Source: an uncultured delta proteobacterium (GTDB taxonomy: Bacteria > Desulfobacterota > Desulfobaccia > Desulfobaccales > 0-14-0-80-60-11). Taken from it: a DNA stretch of 64,000 bases. This document shows, in pieces, positions 40,422 through 50,830 of this stretch; position 1 is the first letter of the stretch, and each line of letters opens with the position of its first letter. The notes below the pieces were generated by a model, which was not told the origin of the DNA, did no database searches, and saw only the letters and a program-made list of their open reading frames with translations. Location of the stretch: the NCBI GenBank assembly GCA_963812015.1, contig CAWETI010000002.1, positions 960,001-1,024,000 of the forward strand. The letters are read 5' to 3'. The translations under genes were made by a program, and so were the position numbers.

Positions 40422-42734
40422 ATGGCTAGCACAAGGAAAGACAAAACCGCCCCCTCCAGGCGCCTTCTCATGGACACCGCAAATTCCGGCTACGACTGCC
40501 TGGAATTGGCTGCCCTGGGGCTGATGGAATTTCCTGACCCTGTAGTGATAGCCGATAATCAGCACCGAGTTGTCTTTATGAACCATGCCGCCCAGAAGTT
40601 ATTCGGTTTTGGGGTGGTGAAAGATAACCTCCCCCTGGCCGGCGACATCTTCCAGGGGGAATTAGCAGGTCATCCCGGCAACTTTATCGATTCCTGCCTC
40701 AAGGGCCGGGAACTGAATCGGATGCCCTTGCGCCTGCAGACTCAGGCCGGAGAATCTCTGGATATTTCCGTCACTGCCCAGGTTATCAGAGACCACAAAG
40801 GGAAGACGGCGGGTTGCCTGGCAATCCTGCGGGACATCCAAGCCGACCTGATGGCCCAGCCGGCCATCAAGAGCCGGGTTGCCATGCTTGACAGCATATT
40901 GGAAAATTTTCCCACCCCTTTCTTTATGGTGGATGAGAATCTCGTTATCACCTCGATGAACCCGTCCCTGGAAAATCTCACGGGCTATAGCCGCCAGGAG
41001 GTAGAGGGTCGCATGACCTGTGCCGACCTCCTCGGCACGCCCCGCTGTAATACCCAAGGTTGTCTGCTCCGGCAGGTCATGGGAACCAGATCGCCTTTCG
41101 CCGGGATTCGCCAGGTGATGGTGAATCGCCGAGGCGATGAAATTCCGGTGGTGGTCAACGCCTCAGTTATTACTGATGCCGATAATAAAATTATCGGGGG
41201 CTTTGAGTTTATTCGAGATATCAGCGCCAGGGTGGAGGCGGAAGAAAAGATTAATTTAGTCACCGAATTGACCCAGGAAGGCATTTTGCTGGTGGATGAG
41301 GACCGCCGCATCATCTTCGCCAATTCTAAAATGGCGGCGATTAGCGGCTTCCCCAAAGATCAGCTTATTGGCATGAATGCCGACCAGGTCATCCCGGCCC
41401 ATTACTACCAGACGATGTTGGAAATGACGCAGAAAAGTGACCAAGGGGAGCAACTCTGCTTTTGCAGTATGCTAAAACCACCTGAAGATGACTCAGATAG
41501 TTACCGTGATTATGAGACCTGCGTGGCCATATCAACTATCGGCAAACGCCACGTCACCTCCTTCTATTTGCGCGACCTTTCCAGGCGTAATCAGTATGAA
41601 CGGGAGTTGCGCCATGCCAAAAGCTTTTTAGAAAATATCATTCGAAGTTCAGTAGATGGCATAGTCGTGGTGGATACCGCGGGCAATATCCTTTATTTCA
41701 ATGAAGGGGCCGAGAGAATTTTGGGGTATAAGGCCGAAGAGGTCATCGGCCACACCGAAGTTTTTCAACAGTTTTACGAACCCGGTCTGGCGCGGGAGAT
41801 CATGCGCCGGATGCGCAGCAACGAATACGGGCCCCCAGGCAAATTGAATACCACCCGAATCATTTTCAAGTCAAAAGACGGCGAAGAAGTCCCGGTAAAT
41901 TTTTCCGCGGCCATCATCAAGGAAGGAGGCCGGGAAATCGGCAGTGTCGGCATTTTCTCGGACCGGCGGGAAAATTTGCGGATACGCAAAGAATTGGAAC
42001 AGGCCAGGACGCAACTCTGGCAGACGGAAAAGATTGCCTCGTTAGGCCGTCTGGCGGCCGCCGTGGCCCACGAAATCAATAATCCCCTGGCCGGCATCCT
42101 GATCTATGCCGACATCTTGATGCGAGATATCGGCGAGAATCGCCAGTGGCGGGAAGATCTGGAAGAGATCCGTAGTCAAACGTTGCGCTGCAAACAGATC
42201 GTCACCCGTCTGCTGGAATTCAGCCGGATGCCGCTGGCCCAACGGACCGCTCTTGACGCCAATGAGGTCGTTAAAGCCTGCGTGGCATTTTTGCATCATC
42301 AGGCGCTGTTTCATGACATCGAATTTGATTTCCAGTTAACTGATGATCTCCCCCAGGTGATTGGCGATCCTTCCCAGCTCCAACAGGTTTTTACCAATAT
42401 TATCATTAATGCCGCCAACGCCATGGACGGCAAAGGAAAAATCGCCATAAGCAGCGTTTTTCTCCAGGAAAACCAGGAAGTCGTCCTGACCTTCGCAGAT
42501 ACCGGGCCAGGAGTTTCCCCCCAGATTATCGACAAAATTTTCGAACCCTTTTTCACCACGAAAGCCCCCGGTGAAGGAACCGGCCTGGGATTGTCGGTGT
42601 GTTACGGTATTGTCCAGCAGCATGGCGGCAAACTCGAAGTGAAAAACTCTCCCGAGGGCGGAGCGGTTTTTATCCTCACGCTGCCCTTGGAGGCGCCTAA
42701 ACAAGAAGAGTTGTTTGAATTATTAGAGTATTAA
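40422..42734 (+). CDS. Four-PAS cytoplasmic sensor histidine kinase (NtrB-like)
   Basis: PAS repeats, [19 protein letters not shown]. Confidence 0.92.
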   Translation: MASTRKDKTAPSRRLLMDTANSGYDCLELAALGLMEFPDPVVIADNQHRVVFMNHAAQKLFGFGVVKDNLPLAGDIFQGELAGHPGNFIDSCLKGRELNRMPLRLQTQAGESLDISVTAQVIRDHKGKTAGCLAILRDIQADLMAQPAIKSRVAMLDSILENFPTPFFMVDENLVITSMNPSLENLTGYSRQEVEGRMTCADLLGTPRCNTQGCLLRQVMGTRSPFAGIRQVMVNRRGDEIPVVVNASVITDADNKIIGGFEFIRDISARVEAEEKINLVTELTQEGILLVDEDRRIIFANSKMAAISGFPKDQLIGMNADQVIPAHYYQTMLEMTQKSDQGEQLCFCSMLKPPEDDSDSYRDYETCVAISTIGKRHVTSFYLRDLSRRNQYERELRHAKSFLENIIRSSVDGIVVVDTAGNILYFNEGAERILGYKAEEVIGHTEVFQQFYEPGLAREIMRRMRSNEYGPPGKLNTTRIIFKSKDGEEVPVNFSAAIIKEGGREIGSVGIFSDRRENLRIRKELEQARTQLWQTEKIASLGRLAAAVAHEINNPLAGILIYADILMRDIGENRQWREDLEEIRSQTLRCKQIVTRLLEFSRMPLAQRTALDANEVVKACVAFLHHQALFHDIEFDFQLTDDLPQVIGDPSQLQQVFTNIIINAANAMDGKGKIAISSVFLQENQEVVLTFADTGPGVSPQIIDKIFEPFFTTKAPGEGTGLGLSVCYGIVQQHGGKLEVKNSPEGGAVFILTLPLEAPKQEELFELLEY

Positions 42735-42800
42735 CGCGGCGGTTCAGGCTGGGAAAATAAAAATGCCCAGGGTTTTCTCACTTGGCCCGGAGGTCGATGC

Positions 42801-44255
42801 ATGAGTACCATACTGGTTGTGGATGATGAGCAAGTAATTCGGGACGGCCTCAAACGACTTTTGTCAGGATACCAAGTGCTCACTGCCGAAAATGGTCAGA
42901 AGGCCCTGGAAGTTCTCGCCTGCGAAGCAGTGAATATTATCCTTTGTGATCTCAAAATGCCCGTTATGGGAGCTTTGGAAGTCTTGGAGGCGGTCAATAG
43001 CCGATTCCCCTGTTTGCCTTTGGTGGTAATTACGGGACATGGCACCGTGGAAAACGCCGTGGAATGTATGCGGCAGGGCGCTTATGATTTTGTCACCAAG
43101 CCCTTCAGTGCGGACCATTTGATGTTGATCGTTAAAAGAGCCGTTGAAAAAGAGGCCTTGGAGCGGCGCAACCGGTTGCTGCAGGAAGAGCAGGCCCGGA
43201 ATCTCTACGATTTATCAGTGGAGCAGAGTCGCTTGCGAACTATCATTAATTGTATGGCGGAAGGGGTTCTGGTGACGAATCGGGACCTGGAAGTCGTGTT
43301 GCATAATCCGGCCATGATGCGCATGCTGGATCGACTCGAGGCGACGGATCAGCCGGGGACTTTGGCGGAATATTTTTCCGATGATCATCTCATCCAGGGA
43401 TTAAAATCTTTTCTAGAGAAAAGCCCGGAGGAGACAGAACTCATCTCCCAGGAATTGGTCAAAGGCAAAACCTATCTGCGCTCCCTCTCCGCCCCCATAA
43501 CGAATGCCGATAAAGAGTTGTTGGGTACGGTGACGGTTTTCCATGATATTACGCGGTTTAAAGAACTGGACGCCATGAAATCTAATTTCGTCCATATGGT
43601 TTCCCATGAATTGCGGTCTCCCCTGGGGACCATCAAACAGCAGATATCAGTCATCCTGGAAGGTCTGGTCGGGGATGTACCGGAAAAGCAGCGGGAGATG
43701 CTGAGCCGTTCTCAAGCAAGAATTCAGAGTCTCTTGGAATTAATCAACGATCTGCTTGATGTGGCCAAGATCGAAAGCGGCCACACTTTTGAAGAGCACG
43801 TCCCTCTGGACCTCTCCCATCTTTTGGAAGACATGGTCAGCTTCATGCAAAGCAAGGCGCAAGATCAAAAGGTTGACCTCAGGCTGGAAATTGTTGGGGA
43901 GATCCCGCTCATTCAAGCAGACCGGCGTAGCATGGAAGAAGTTTTCAATAATCTCATCAGCAACGCCATAAATTATTCCCCCGACGGTGGCCAGGTCACC
44001 GTCAGGGTTGCGCCCCGCGAAAATTTCCTGGAAATCATGGTAAATGATAACGGGGTCGGCATCGATCCGGAAGAGGTCCCCAAGATCTTTGACAAGTTCT
44101 ACCGGGTTAAACATCCCAAAACTAGACAAGTGATCGGCACCGGTTTGGGGCTGGCCATAGTCAAGGGAGTGATTGATTCTCACCGTGGTTCCATCGATGT
44201 GGAGAGTGCACCGGGAGTGGGGACAACCTTTCGTATCCTTCTCCCGACCATGTAA
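42801..44255 (+). CDS. Receiver-PAS-histidine kinase hybrid
   Basis: N-terminal receiver (VVDDE, DLKMP, KPF), SHELRSPL, DNGVG, GTGLGL. Confidence 0.92.
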   Translation: MSTILVVDDEQVIRDGLKRLLSGYQVLTAENGQKALEVLACEAVNIILCDLKMPVMGALEVLEAVNSRFPCLPLVVITGHGTVENAVECMRQGAYDFVTKPFSADHLMLIVKRAVEKEALERRNRLLQEEQARNLYDLSVEQSRLRTIINCMAEGVLVTNRDLEVVLHNPAMMRMLDRLEATDQPGTLAEYFSDDHLIQGLKSFLEKSPEETELISQELVKGKTYLRSLSAPITNADKELLGTVTVFHDITRFKELDAMKSNFVHMVSHELRSPLGTIKQQISVILEGLVGDVPEKQREMLSRSQARIQSLLELINDLLDVAKIESGHTFEEHVPLDLSHLLEDMVSFMQSKAQDQKVDLRLEIVGEIPLIQADRRSMEEVFNNLISNAINYSPDGGQVTVRVAPRENFLEIMVNDNGVGIDPEEVPKIFDKFYRVKHPKTRQVIGTGLGLAIVKGVIDSHRGSIDVESAPGVGTTFRILLPTM

Positions 44256-44348
44256 GGCTATTTCTCTGGCCGCGGGTTTTTATTCATTTTGGCGTAATTA
44301 AAAAGCGGTTGGGGTTCTCAATCAGACCTTCACTTAAGCGACAAAACC

Positions 44349-45395
44349 ATGGAACTAAGCAACAAGATTCGATTCGGCGGTATTAAGCTGTTGACTGGGG
44401 GCAGTTGTTTGGTGTCTTCTTCTCCGGGGGGGGAATTCCGTCTTGGTTCCCAAGTGACCAGACCCCTGGCCGAGAGCCGGCTCAACCTGACTTTCCTGAC
44501 TCACGTGGCTGGAGACCGCACCGCTTTGTGCACCGACGGCGCCGTCGGTGAAAGCACCCTGGCGCGCTTACAAAACCTGGCGGGAACCGAGGATGCTTTT
44601 CAATACCAGCCGGATATTGCGCTGCTGGCAGTTTATCCCCACGACAAGCTGCCGAAAAGCATTGGTGGCTTCATCCATAGCCTGGCGGAGTCCAAGTCGA
44701 AAATTTTCGGTCTCGCCAGCTCCCTGTCTTCCATCACCGCCATTCTGGAGAGTCGGCGACAGGAAACGGTGGTGAACCACCTGTTTGAGGATTTTCAATT
44801 TACCTCCTTCGCCACCGCCCAGGAATTCTTCGCCGCACAGGCGTTTCCCGAGGAATATGTGCGTAAAGCAGTGGCCACCTACCAGGAAAAAGTTATCAAA
44901 GTCTACTGGGTGTTGCCCCATCCTGACCTGGATTTATGGGCCCTGAGCATTCCCACGGCCGCGATCCTGGGGGACATCGCCGATACCCTGAATCAGTTTG
45001 GAGACTTGGGATTGACCATTCCCTTTCTCATTGCCATACCCCGGCTGGGTACCGAAGAACTGCTTTTTAGCTTTAGCACCGCCCGGCCGGCCGGCACTAA
45101 GGGTCAGGGACGCGCCATCCGCCGCCTGCTGACTGAGCGCATTCCCGGCATCAGGCCGATGCGCCTCACCCCGGTGGCAGGTATCTTCCTCCACGGACCC
45201 CACTTCGGCGACCGTTACGGCATCGCCAATACCGTCATAGAAGCCCTGGAGGGGGCCCATGTCTCCATCCTCTCCATGAGCTGTACCATTTCCTCCATCT
45301 CGGTGATCATCCGGCAGCAGGATCTGGCGCCGGCCCTGATGGTGTTAAGTCAGAGATTCGAAGGTCCGGTAGCCGAACCGCTTTCCGGGGTTTGA
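44349..45395 (+). CDS. Uncharacterised protein with tandem ACT-like domains (paralogue 2)
   Basis: KIRFGGIK, AVYPHD, GLASSLS, YQEKVIKVY, HGPHFGDRYGI, SCTISSISVII. Confidence 0.7.
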   Translation: MELSNKIRFGGIKLLTGGSCLVSSSPGGEFRLGSQVTRPLAESRLNLTFLTHVAGDRTALCTDGAVGESTLARLQNLAGTEDAFQYQPDIALLAVYPHDKLPKSIGGFIHSLAESKSKIFGLASSLSSITAILESRRQETVVNHLFEDFQFTSFATAQEFFAAQAFPEEYVRKAVATYQEKVIKVYWVLPHPDLDLWALSIPTAAILGDIADTLNQFGDLGLTIPFLIAIPRLGTEELLFSFSTARPAGTKGQGRAIRRLLTERIPGIRPMRLTPVAGIFLHGPHFGDRYGIANTVIEALEGAHVSILSMSCTISSISVIIRQQDLAPALMVLSQRFEGPVAEPLSGV

Positions 45396-45492
45396 GGTGA
45401 CGGCGCTGGTGTTTGCCGGAATAATCATGGAAAATGGTAAGTGCCGCCAGAGAAAGGGTTCACCAGTCGTTAGCATCTTTCCGGGTTCGGGG

Positions 45493-47445
45493 TTATCTAT
45501 CCTTGATCTTTTTGGCATCCAGAATCCGGCGGATGGTTTCAGCCAGTTGGGCGGGGATAATGGGTTTTGCCACGAGTTCACTGATCCCCAGGGCTCTGGC
45601 CCTTTCCAAGGCAGTGGATTCACCGTATCCGGTGCAGAGGATAATGGGGATATCCGGGCGAATACTTAAAATAGCCTCAATAAGATCAAGGCCGGTCAAT
45701 TGAGGCATAGTGAGATCGGTGATAATTACATCGAATTTTTCCGGTTCAGCCCGGAAGGCTGCCAAGGCATCCTGGCTATTAGTCAGGGCCACCACCTCAT
45801 ATCCCAGTTGCTCTAAGATAATCCGTGCGGCTGCCACAATATCCGCCTCATCATCAACAAAGAGGATCTTTTCTTTCCCTTCCGGCAGGGGCACAACCGA
45901 CTCATGTTCAATCTGTTCTTCCGACTCCATCACGGGAAAGAAGACATGAAAGGTAGTCCCTCGGTCAGGTTCACTGAAGACCCTGATCCCGCCACCGCAA
46001 TTCTTAACAATCCCGTGTACCAGGGCCAAGCCCAGCCCCGTACCCTCGCCTATCTCCTTGGTCGTGAAGTATGGCTCGAAGATCCGTTCCATTAATTCCG
46101 GGGCTATCCCATGCCCATTATCTTTGATGGTCAATCTCAAGTAATGACCCGGTTTGATAGTTATGCCGTGAAATGTCTCTTCGTGGACCAATTCTAGGTT
46201 ATCCAACCCCACCGTTAAGACGCCGCCATTTTTTCCCATGGCATGGGCGGCATTGGTGCTCAGATTCATCACAATCTGGTAAATTTCGGTAGGATCACCA
46301 ATAATCCAATCCCAATCGGGAACGAGCTCTTGGCGAATTTCAATGGTTGCCGGCAAAGAAGCTCGCAGTAATTTAAGAGATTCTTTGACCATGGGGCTCA
46401 GCTGCATCATTACTCGCTGACGTTCGGTTTGGCGGCTAATGGCGAGAATTTGTTTGACAAGATCTGCTGCTCTTCGGCTGGACTTGATCACCTGCTCCAA
46501 ATGGGGCCGAAGCGGATTGTCCTCACCCATCTCCCGCAGGGCGATCTCGGTGTACATGATGATTGGCGACAGGATGTTGTTAAAATCATGGGCAATGCCC
46601 CCTGCCAGAGTGCCGATGGCTTCCATTTTTTGGGCCTGGCGCAGTTGGGTCTCCAGTTCGGCCTTCTCCGTTTCGGCTTTCTTGTGTTGAGTAATGTCAC
46701 GGTTGCTCACCCGCCGGCCGAGATTAGTCCCATCGGAGCCGTAAACCGGCTGGCAAACATGGGCAATCCAGCGCTCTTCGCCGTTCCGGGTAATGATGCG
46801 AAAAACTAAGGAATGAGCCCCACTGGTATAAAGGTCTTGGCGCAGATGCCTGGCAACCAGGGCACGGTCATCAGGATGGGTAATGGTCTCCAGAAGTCCG
46901 GGATTTTTTAAAAATTCCTCGGCTTTATAACTAGTAATGCGTTCACACGAAGGAGAAATATAATTATAGGTTCCATCAGGAGCAAGCCAAGACTCCCAAT
47001 CGTAAGTAAAGTCAGCTATGGTACGGAACCTTTCCTCCGACTTTCTCAATGATTCTTCCGCCTTTTCGCGTTCCACCAACTCAAGTTGCAAGGTCTGGTA
47101 GGAACTTTTTAACTCTGCTGTCCTTTCCTCCACTCTTTCTTTCAGAATTTCTTCTGAGCGCTTTATATCTAAAAATAATGGGGCAATGAGCGCTACTCCT
47201 AACAGCATAAGTATTGAAGTTGCCAGCCCAACGAATTCAGTATGTATATCAACAGGGAGGAGTTCCATTGCGCGAGCGAACCATTCATATAACGTAAAGC
47301 ACCGTCTTATGGCCATAAGCATGATAGCTATGGCGATAAAAATCCACGCAATTCTTTTTTTAGTGATCCAAACTAGACGCAAAGCCAAAAACGCGGCAGT
47401 TACCTGGATAGGAATTGAGATTATGAGAATAAGGTATGGTTCCAT
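45493..47445 (-). CDS. Membrane-anchored PAS hybrid histidine kinase/receiver
   Basis: Three N-terminal TM segments, PAS, AHDFNN, GTGLGL, receiver DLTMP. Confidence 0.9.
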   Translation of the reverse strand: MEPYLILIISIPIQVTAAFLALRLVWITKKRIAWIFIAIAIMLMAIRRCFTLYEWFARAMELLPVDIHTEFVGLATSILMLLGVALIAPLFLDIKRSEEILKERVEERTAELKSSYQTLQLELVEREKAEESLRKSEERFRTIADFTYDWESWLAPDGTYNYISPSCERITSYKAEEFLKNPGLLETITHPDDRALVARHLRQDLYTSGAHSLVFRIITRNGEERWIAHVCQPVYGSDGTNLGRRVSNRDITQHKKAETEKAELETQLRQAQKMEAIGTLAGGIAHDFNNILSPIIMYTEIALREMGEDNPLRPHLEQVIKSSRRAADLVKQILAISRQTERQRVMMQLSPMVKESLKLLRASLPATIEIRQELVPDWDWIIGDPTEIYQIVMNLSTNAAHAMGKNGGVLTVGLDNLELVHEETFHGITIKPGHYLRLTIKDNGHGIAPELMERIFEPYFTTKEIGEGTGLGLALVHGIVKNCGGGIRVFSEPDRGTTFHVFFPVMESEEQIEHESVVPLPEGKEKILFVDDEADIVAAARIILEQLGYEVVALTNSQDALAAFRAEPEKFDVIITDLTMPQLTGLDLIEAILSIRPDIPIILCTGYGESTALERARALGISELVAKPIIPAQLAETIRRILDAKKIKDR

Positions 47446-47808
47446 ATTGAGAGGTTCTCCAACGAACTACAAGTTATCTGAGGCTGAGCCTCGCCGCATC
47501 AACTGCCTAAACATAACGGTAAAATCAAACATCGTTTCCTTACCTCTTCCAAGTGCAATGATTATACCCTGGCAGGGAAATTAAATCATCTATCTGATAA
47601 TAATTGAAAATCATTTGAGCCCAATGAGATTACTTTTTAAGTTTATGTAAAGAGCCTGTCGGGATTTTTATCAAGATGTAAAAATTTGAGATAAAAAAAC
47701 CCGCACGGAGTCCCCTTTCGCAATATTTTTCGGACCATCTCATGCTGCTGGTGCTGACCGCGACTGGGTTGGCAAGGCAGCACCCCTGACTGGGGTGCCT
47801 GCGAGGAT

Positions 47809-48504
47809 TTAATGCTCCGCTTGGTGCAATAGTTGTAGCGGATTAAGAATCGTAATTTGCCGCTTGGATACGGCAATCAGTCCCTCTTCTTGGAATTTTT
47901 TCAGCATTTCGCTCACGGTCTGCTGGGTGGAGCCGGTCATGGAGGCCAGTTGCTCCTGGGTCAGACTGATGGGGATGTGGGCGGGCTTAGCCCAAGAGTC
48001 CTCGTCCATAAGCTGGTCGTAACTCAGGTAAACCAGGAGCTTTGCCAGGCGGGTGCTCACGTCGCACACCATGAGGTTCTCGACCTGCTCCCCCAGGTAG
48101 CGGAGCCGCCGCCCCAGGACTTCGATGACCCTCCGGGCCAGAGGGTAATGGCTTGCCAGGAGGGCATCAAAGTTCTTTTTGCTGATCTCATAAAGCTTCC
48201 CCGGGGTAAGGGCCTGGGCGTTGGCTTTCCGGGGCCTGGCTTCCATCACTTCTGCCAGCCCGAAGAATTCTCCTTTGCGGCGCAGGAAAAATATCGGCTC
48301 TTTGCCGTCCAGGGTGATCTTGAAGATCTTGATGAGGCCGTTTTCCAGATAGAAGCAGGAATCGCCCGGGTCGCCTTCAAAAAAAACCATATCGTTTTTC
48401 TTCAAGTCCCGGCTCTTGGCCAGGGACATGAAGGCTTTCTTTTCAGCCGCCAGGCCGGCGAAAAAATCGTGCTCGCGCAGGTGCCAGGAGGTAGGCATAC
48501 GCAT
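47809..48504 (-). CDS. Crp/Fnr family transcriptional regulator
   Basis: cNMP-binding fold (FFEGD, GEFFG), RLAKLL, HTH LTQEQLASMTGSTQQTVS. Confidence 0.93.
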   Translation of the reverse strand: MRMPTSWHLREHDFFAGLAAEKKAFMSLAKSRDLKKNDMVFFEGDPGDSCFYLENGLIKIFKITLDGKEPIFFLRRKGEFFGLAEVMEARPRKANAQALTPGKLYEISKKNFDALLASHYPLARRVIEVLGRRLRYLGEQVENLMVCDVSTRLAKLLVYLSYDQLMDEDSWAKPAHIPISLTQEQLASMTGSTQQTVSEMLKKFQEEGLIAVSKRQITILNPLQLLHQAEH

Positions 48505-48541
48505 CCTCTACCCTTATTATACAGTTTATCGCCCGTAGGTG

Positions 48542-48569
48542 AAAAAAGAACGAGGCGGATTCACGCCTC
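48542..48569 (-). terminator. Intrinsic terminator after the aprB-like gene
   Basis: gaggcg-N6-cgcctc stem followed by gttctttttt on the minus strand. Confidence 0.6.
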
Positions 48570-48618
48570 ATTGAACGTGTTTCCGCCTCGCGGAGATGGG
48601 ATGATCACTTACAGGGCT

Positions 48619-48945
48619 TCAGGTGTCCAAGCGGTTTTTATATTTATAGGTGGTCACGTTGCCATAAATGTCGGTGCATTTCCAGGTGATGTCTTTTTTG
48701 CCCATGAAGGGTTTGAGCGTGGCCTTGTGATAGCCCAATTGATAAGGGATGCGGGTTTCCAAGGCATTGCGGGGGCAGGCCTTGATGCAGGACATGCAGT
48801 CCCAACAATCCCGGGTGCTCCGGCAGTAGGCCTTCATGGTCGCCTCATCCACGGCCATCAGGTTGCCGGGACAAATTTCCTCGCAGCATGATTCTTCCCG
48901 TCCCTCGCAGCCATTGCATTTGTCTAAGTCCACTCTGGGCGGCAT
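48619..48945 (-). CDS. aprB: Adenylylsulfate reductase beta subunit-like ferredoxin
   Basis: CNGC...CEEICP, CWDCMSCIKACP, ITW. Confidence 0.8.
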   Translation of the reverse strand: MPPRVDLDKCNGCEGREESCCEEICPGNLMAVDEATMKAYCRSTRDCWDCMSCIKACPRNALETRIPYQLGYHKATLKPFMGKKDITWKCTDIYGNVTTYKYKNRLDT

Positions 48946-48991
48946 CTCTCTACCTCCTCGTCCCGTTTAGATAATCGCCAGCCACGGCAAG

Positions 48992-50770
48992 TCAGGGTTT
49001 ATAGCGGTCTCCCGGGACAATTTGCTCGTATGGCCGGGTGAAAGTCACTACTTCTCGCGTCTGCGGGTCTCTCCGGCTCTCCACGAAGCAGTCGAAGTTC
49101 TCGTTGTCCACCTCCGGATAGTCGGAGCGGGTTTGCCAACCTGCCCAACGGGTTTCCTTGCGAGCTTTTAAATGGTGACAGACGGCCTCGGACACGTCCA
49201 CCCGGTCCATGGTCTCGTGAGCCAGCATGAGATCGTGCAGGTCTTTGGCATAAATTAACTGAAATTGGTTCTGGAGCATCTTGATGTGTTTTAAGGCGTA
49301 GTCCAAGCGCTCCTCATTGGTCCGGTAAAATTGGGAAGTGCCCCCCGCATACTCGTCCATGAGGCGCTGGAGGCGTTCCCGCATTTCCAGGGGGGAGACC
49401 CCGTCAAAGTCGGCCCCGCGCAGGAGCGGGGCAAAAACCCTGGCCTTTTCAGATTCTACCTGGTGAAGGTCTAATTCCGGCAGGTCCAGACCTGCCAGGT
49501 AGTTCATGGCCCCCCGGGCCGCCAGTTTGCCTTCGGCGGCGCATCCCCCCACGAACTTGTTTGGGTTGCCTCCCGCGGTCTCACCCGCGGCAAATAGGCC
49601 TGGGACGGTGGTCATGCGGGTGAGATCCACCCAGAATCCCCCCATGGTGTGACCACCCACGATGTAGGGGTCGGAGCCATAAATCTCGATGGGCTCTTTG
49701 GTTACATCCTGACCCCGGCTGGCCAGGAAGAGCACAAAGGATGGGCGCTCGTTCAGGTAATCGGTCATCATGGCATCAACCAGTTTGGGGTCCATGTTGC
49801 GCGTGTCACAATAGGTCGGCCCCCGGCCAGCCAGCCATTCCTCCATGGGCGCGTTGGCCCGGATGTAGCGGGGCGCACTATCGCCACCCAGGTGGGAGTA
49901 GCGGGCCTGAAGGATTTTTTCGTCTTTGCAATTGATGATGGGGGCCTTATAACCCACCGAAATGGTATCTACCGGGCCGCAGAAGTCCTTGGTGCGAGTG
50001 GCCACCCAGCGCTGCTCCAGGGAACTCAATTCCGCTCCCTGGCGAAAGCCCATGGCGTAGCCGGAACCCACGCAATAGGGGCACATCCAGATCTGGTGAG
50101 CGCTGTCCGTGGCGTCAGCCGTATAGGACTTGTAAAGAGTGCCGGCGCCTCCCGTGGAAACGACTGTGGCTTTGGCCCGGAAGACATAAAACTTGCCGTC
50201 CCGGACTCCTAAGCCCATTGCTCCCACACAGCGTTCGCCCTCCATGAGGAGTCCGGTCCCGACAATCCGGTTGTAAACCACCGCCCCGGATGCGATGGCC
50301 TTTTCGGCCATGATGGGTTTGAGCTGCTCGCCATGGATGGAAATGTCCCATTTGCCCCGGTACTTGGTTTTGCCGTTTTCATCCCGGAGCAGGGGAAGCC
50401 CCCAGCGCTCCAGGTCATCCACGGCCTCATTGAGCTCCCTGGCGTTTGACAGAGCCAGATCTTCACGCAACGGGCCTCCTCCCACCTGGGAACGGGACCA
50501 GCGCACCAGATCCTCGGGAGTTTTGCCTTCGGGAATATAAGTGTTGATGGCGTCCATCCCCGCCGAGCAGGCTCCGGAGCGCACGATGTTGGCCTTTTCC
50601 ATAATGGTCACGTTAAGATTCGGGTTGATCTTTTTGGCTTCCACCGCCACAAAGCAGCCGGCATTACCCCCCCCAATGATGAGCAGATCCGTAGTAATAA
50701 TCTCCACCTGAACTTCCCCAAAGGTCTTCGGTAAAGCCTTACAAGCACGTTTGGCTCCGACGTTAGCCAT
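48992..50770 (-). CDS. aprA: Adenylylsulfate reductase alpha subunit-like flavoprotein (short, non-canonical type)
   Basis: IIGGGNAG, RSGACSAGMDAINTY, IHGEQLKP, RLMDEYAGG, RKETRW. Confidence 0.8.
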   Translation of the reverse strand: MANVGAKRACKALPKTFGEVQVEIITTDLLIIGGGNAGCFVAVEAKKINPNLNVTIMEKANIVRSGACSAGMDAINTYIPEGKTPEDLVRWSRSQVGGGPLREDLALSNARELNEAVDDLERWGLPLLRDENGKTKYRGKWDISIHGEQLKPIMAEKAIASGAVVYNRIVGTGLLMEGERCVGAMGLGVRDGKFYVFRAKATVVSTGGAGTLYKSYTADATDSAHQIWMCPYCVGSGYAMGFRQGAELSSLEQRWVATRTKDFCGPVDTISVGYKAPIINCKDEKILQARYSHLGGDSAPRYIRANAPMEEWLAGRGPTYCDTRNMDPKLVDAMMTDYLNERPSFVLFLASRGQDVTKEPIEIYGSDPYIVGGHTMGGFWVDLTRMTTVPGLFAAGETAGGNPNKFVGGCAAEGKLAARGAMNYLAGLDLPELDLHQVESEKARVFAPLLRGADFDGVSPLEMRERLQRLMDEYAGGTSQFYRTNEERLDYALKHIKMLQNQFQLIYAKDLHDLMLAHETMDRVDVSEAVCHHLKARKETRWAGWQTRSDYPEVDNENFDCFVESRRDPQTREVVTFTRPYEQIVPGDRYKP

Positions 50771-50830
50771 AAAACCTCCTCGTTTTGATCCTCAGAAAGG
50801 CACTCCTGGCTCTAAAGGACGCACATGCGA

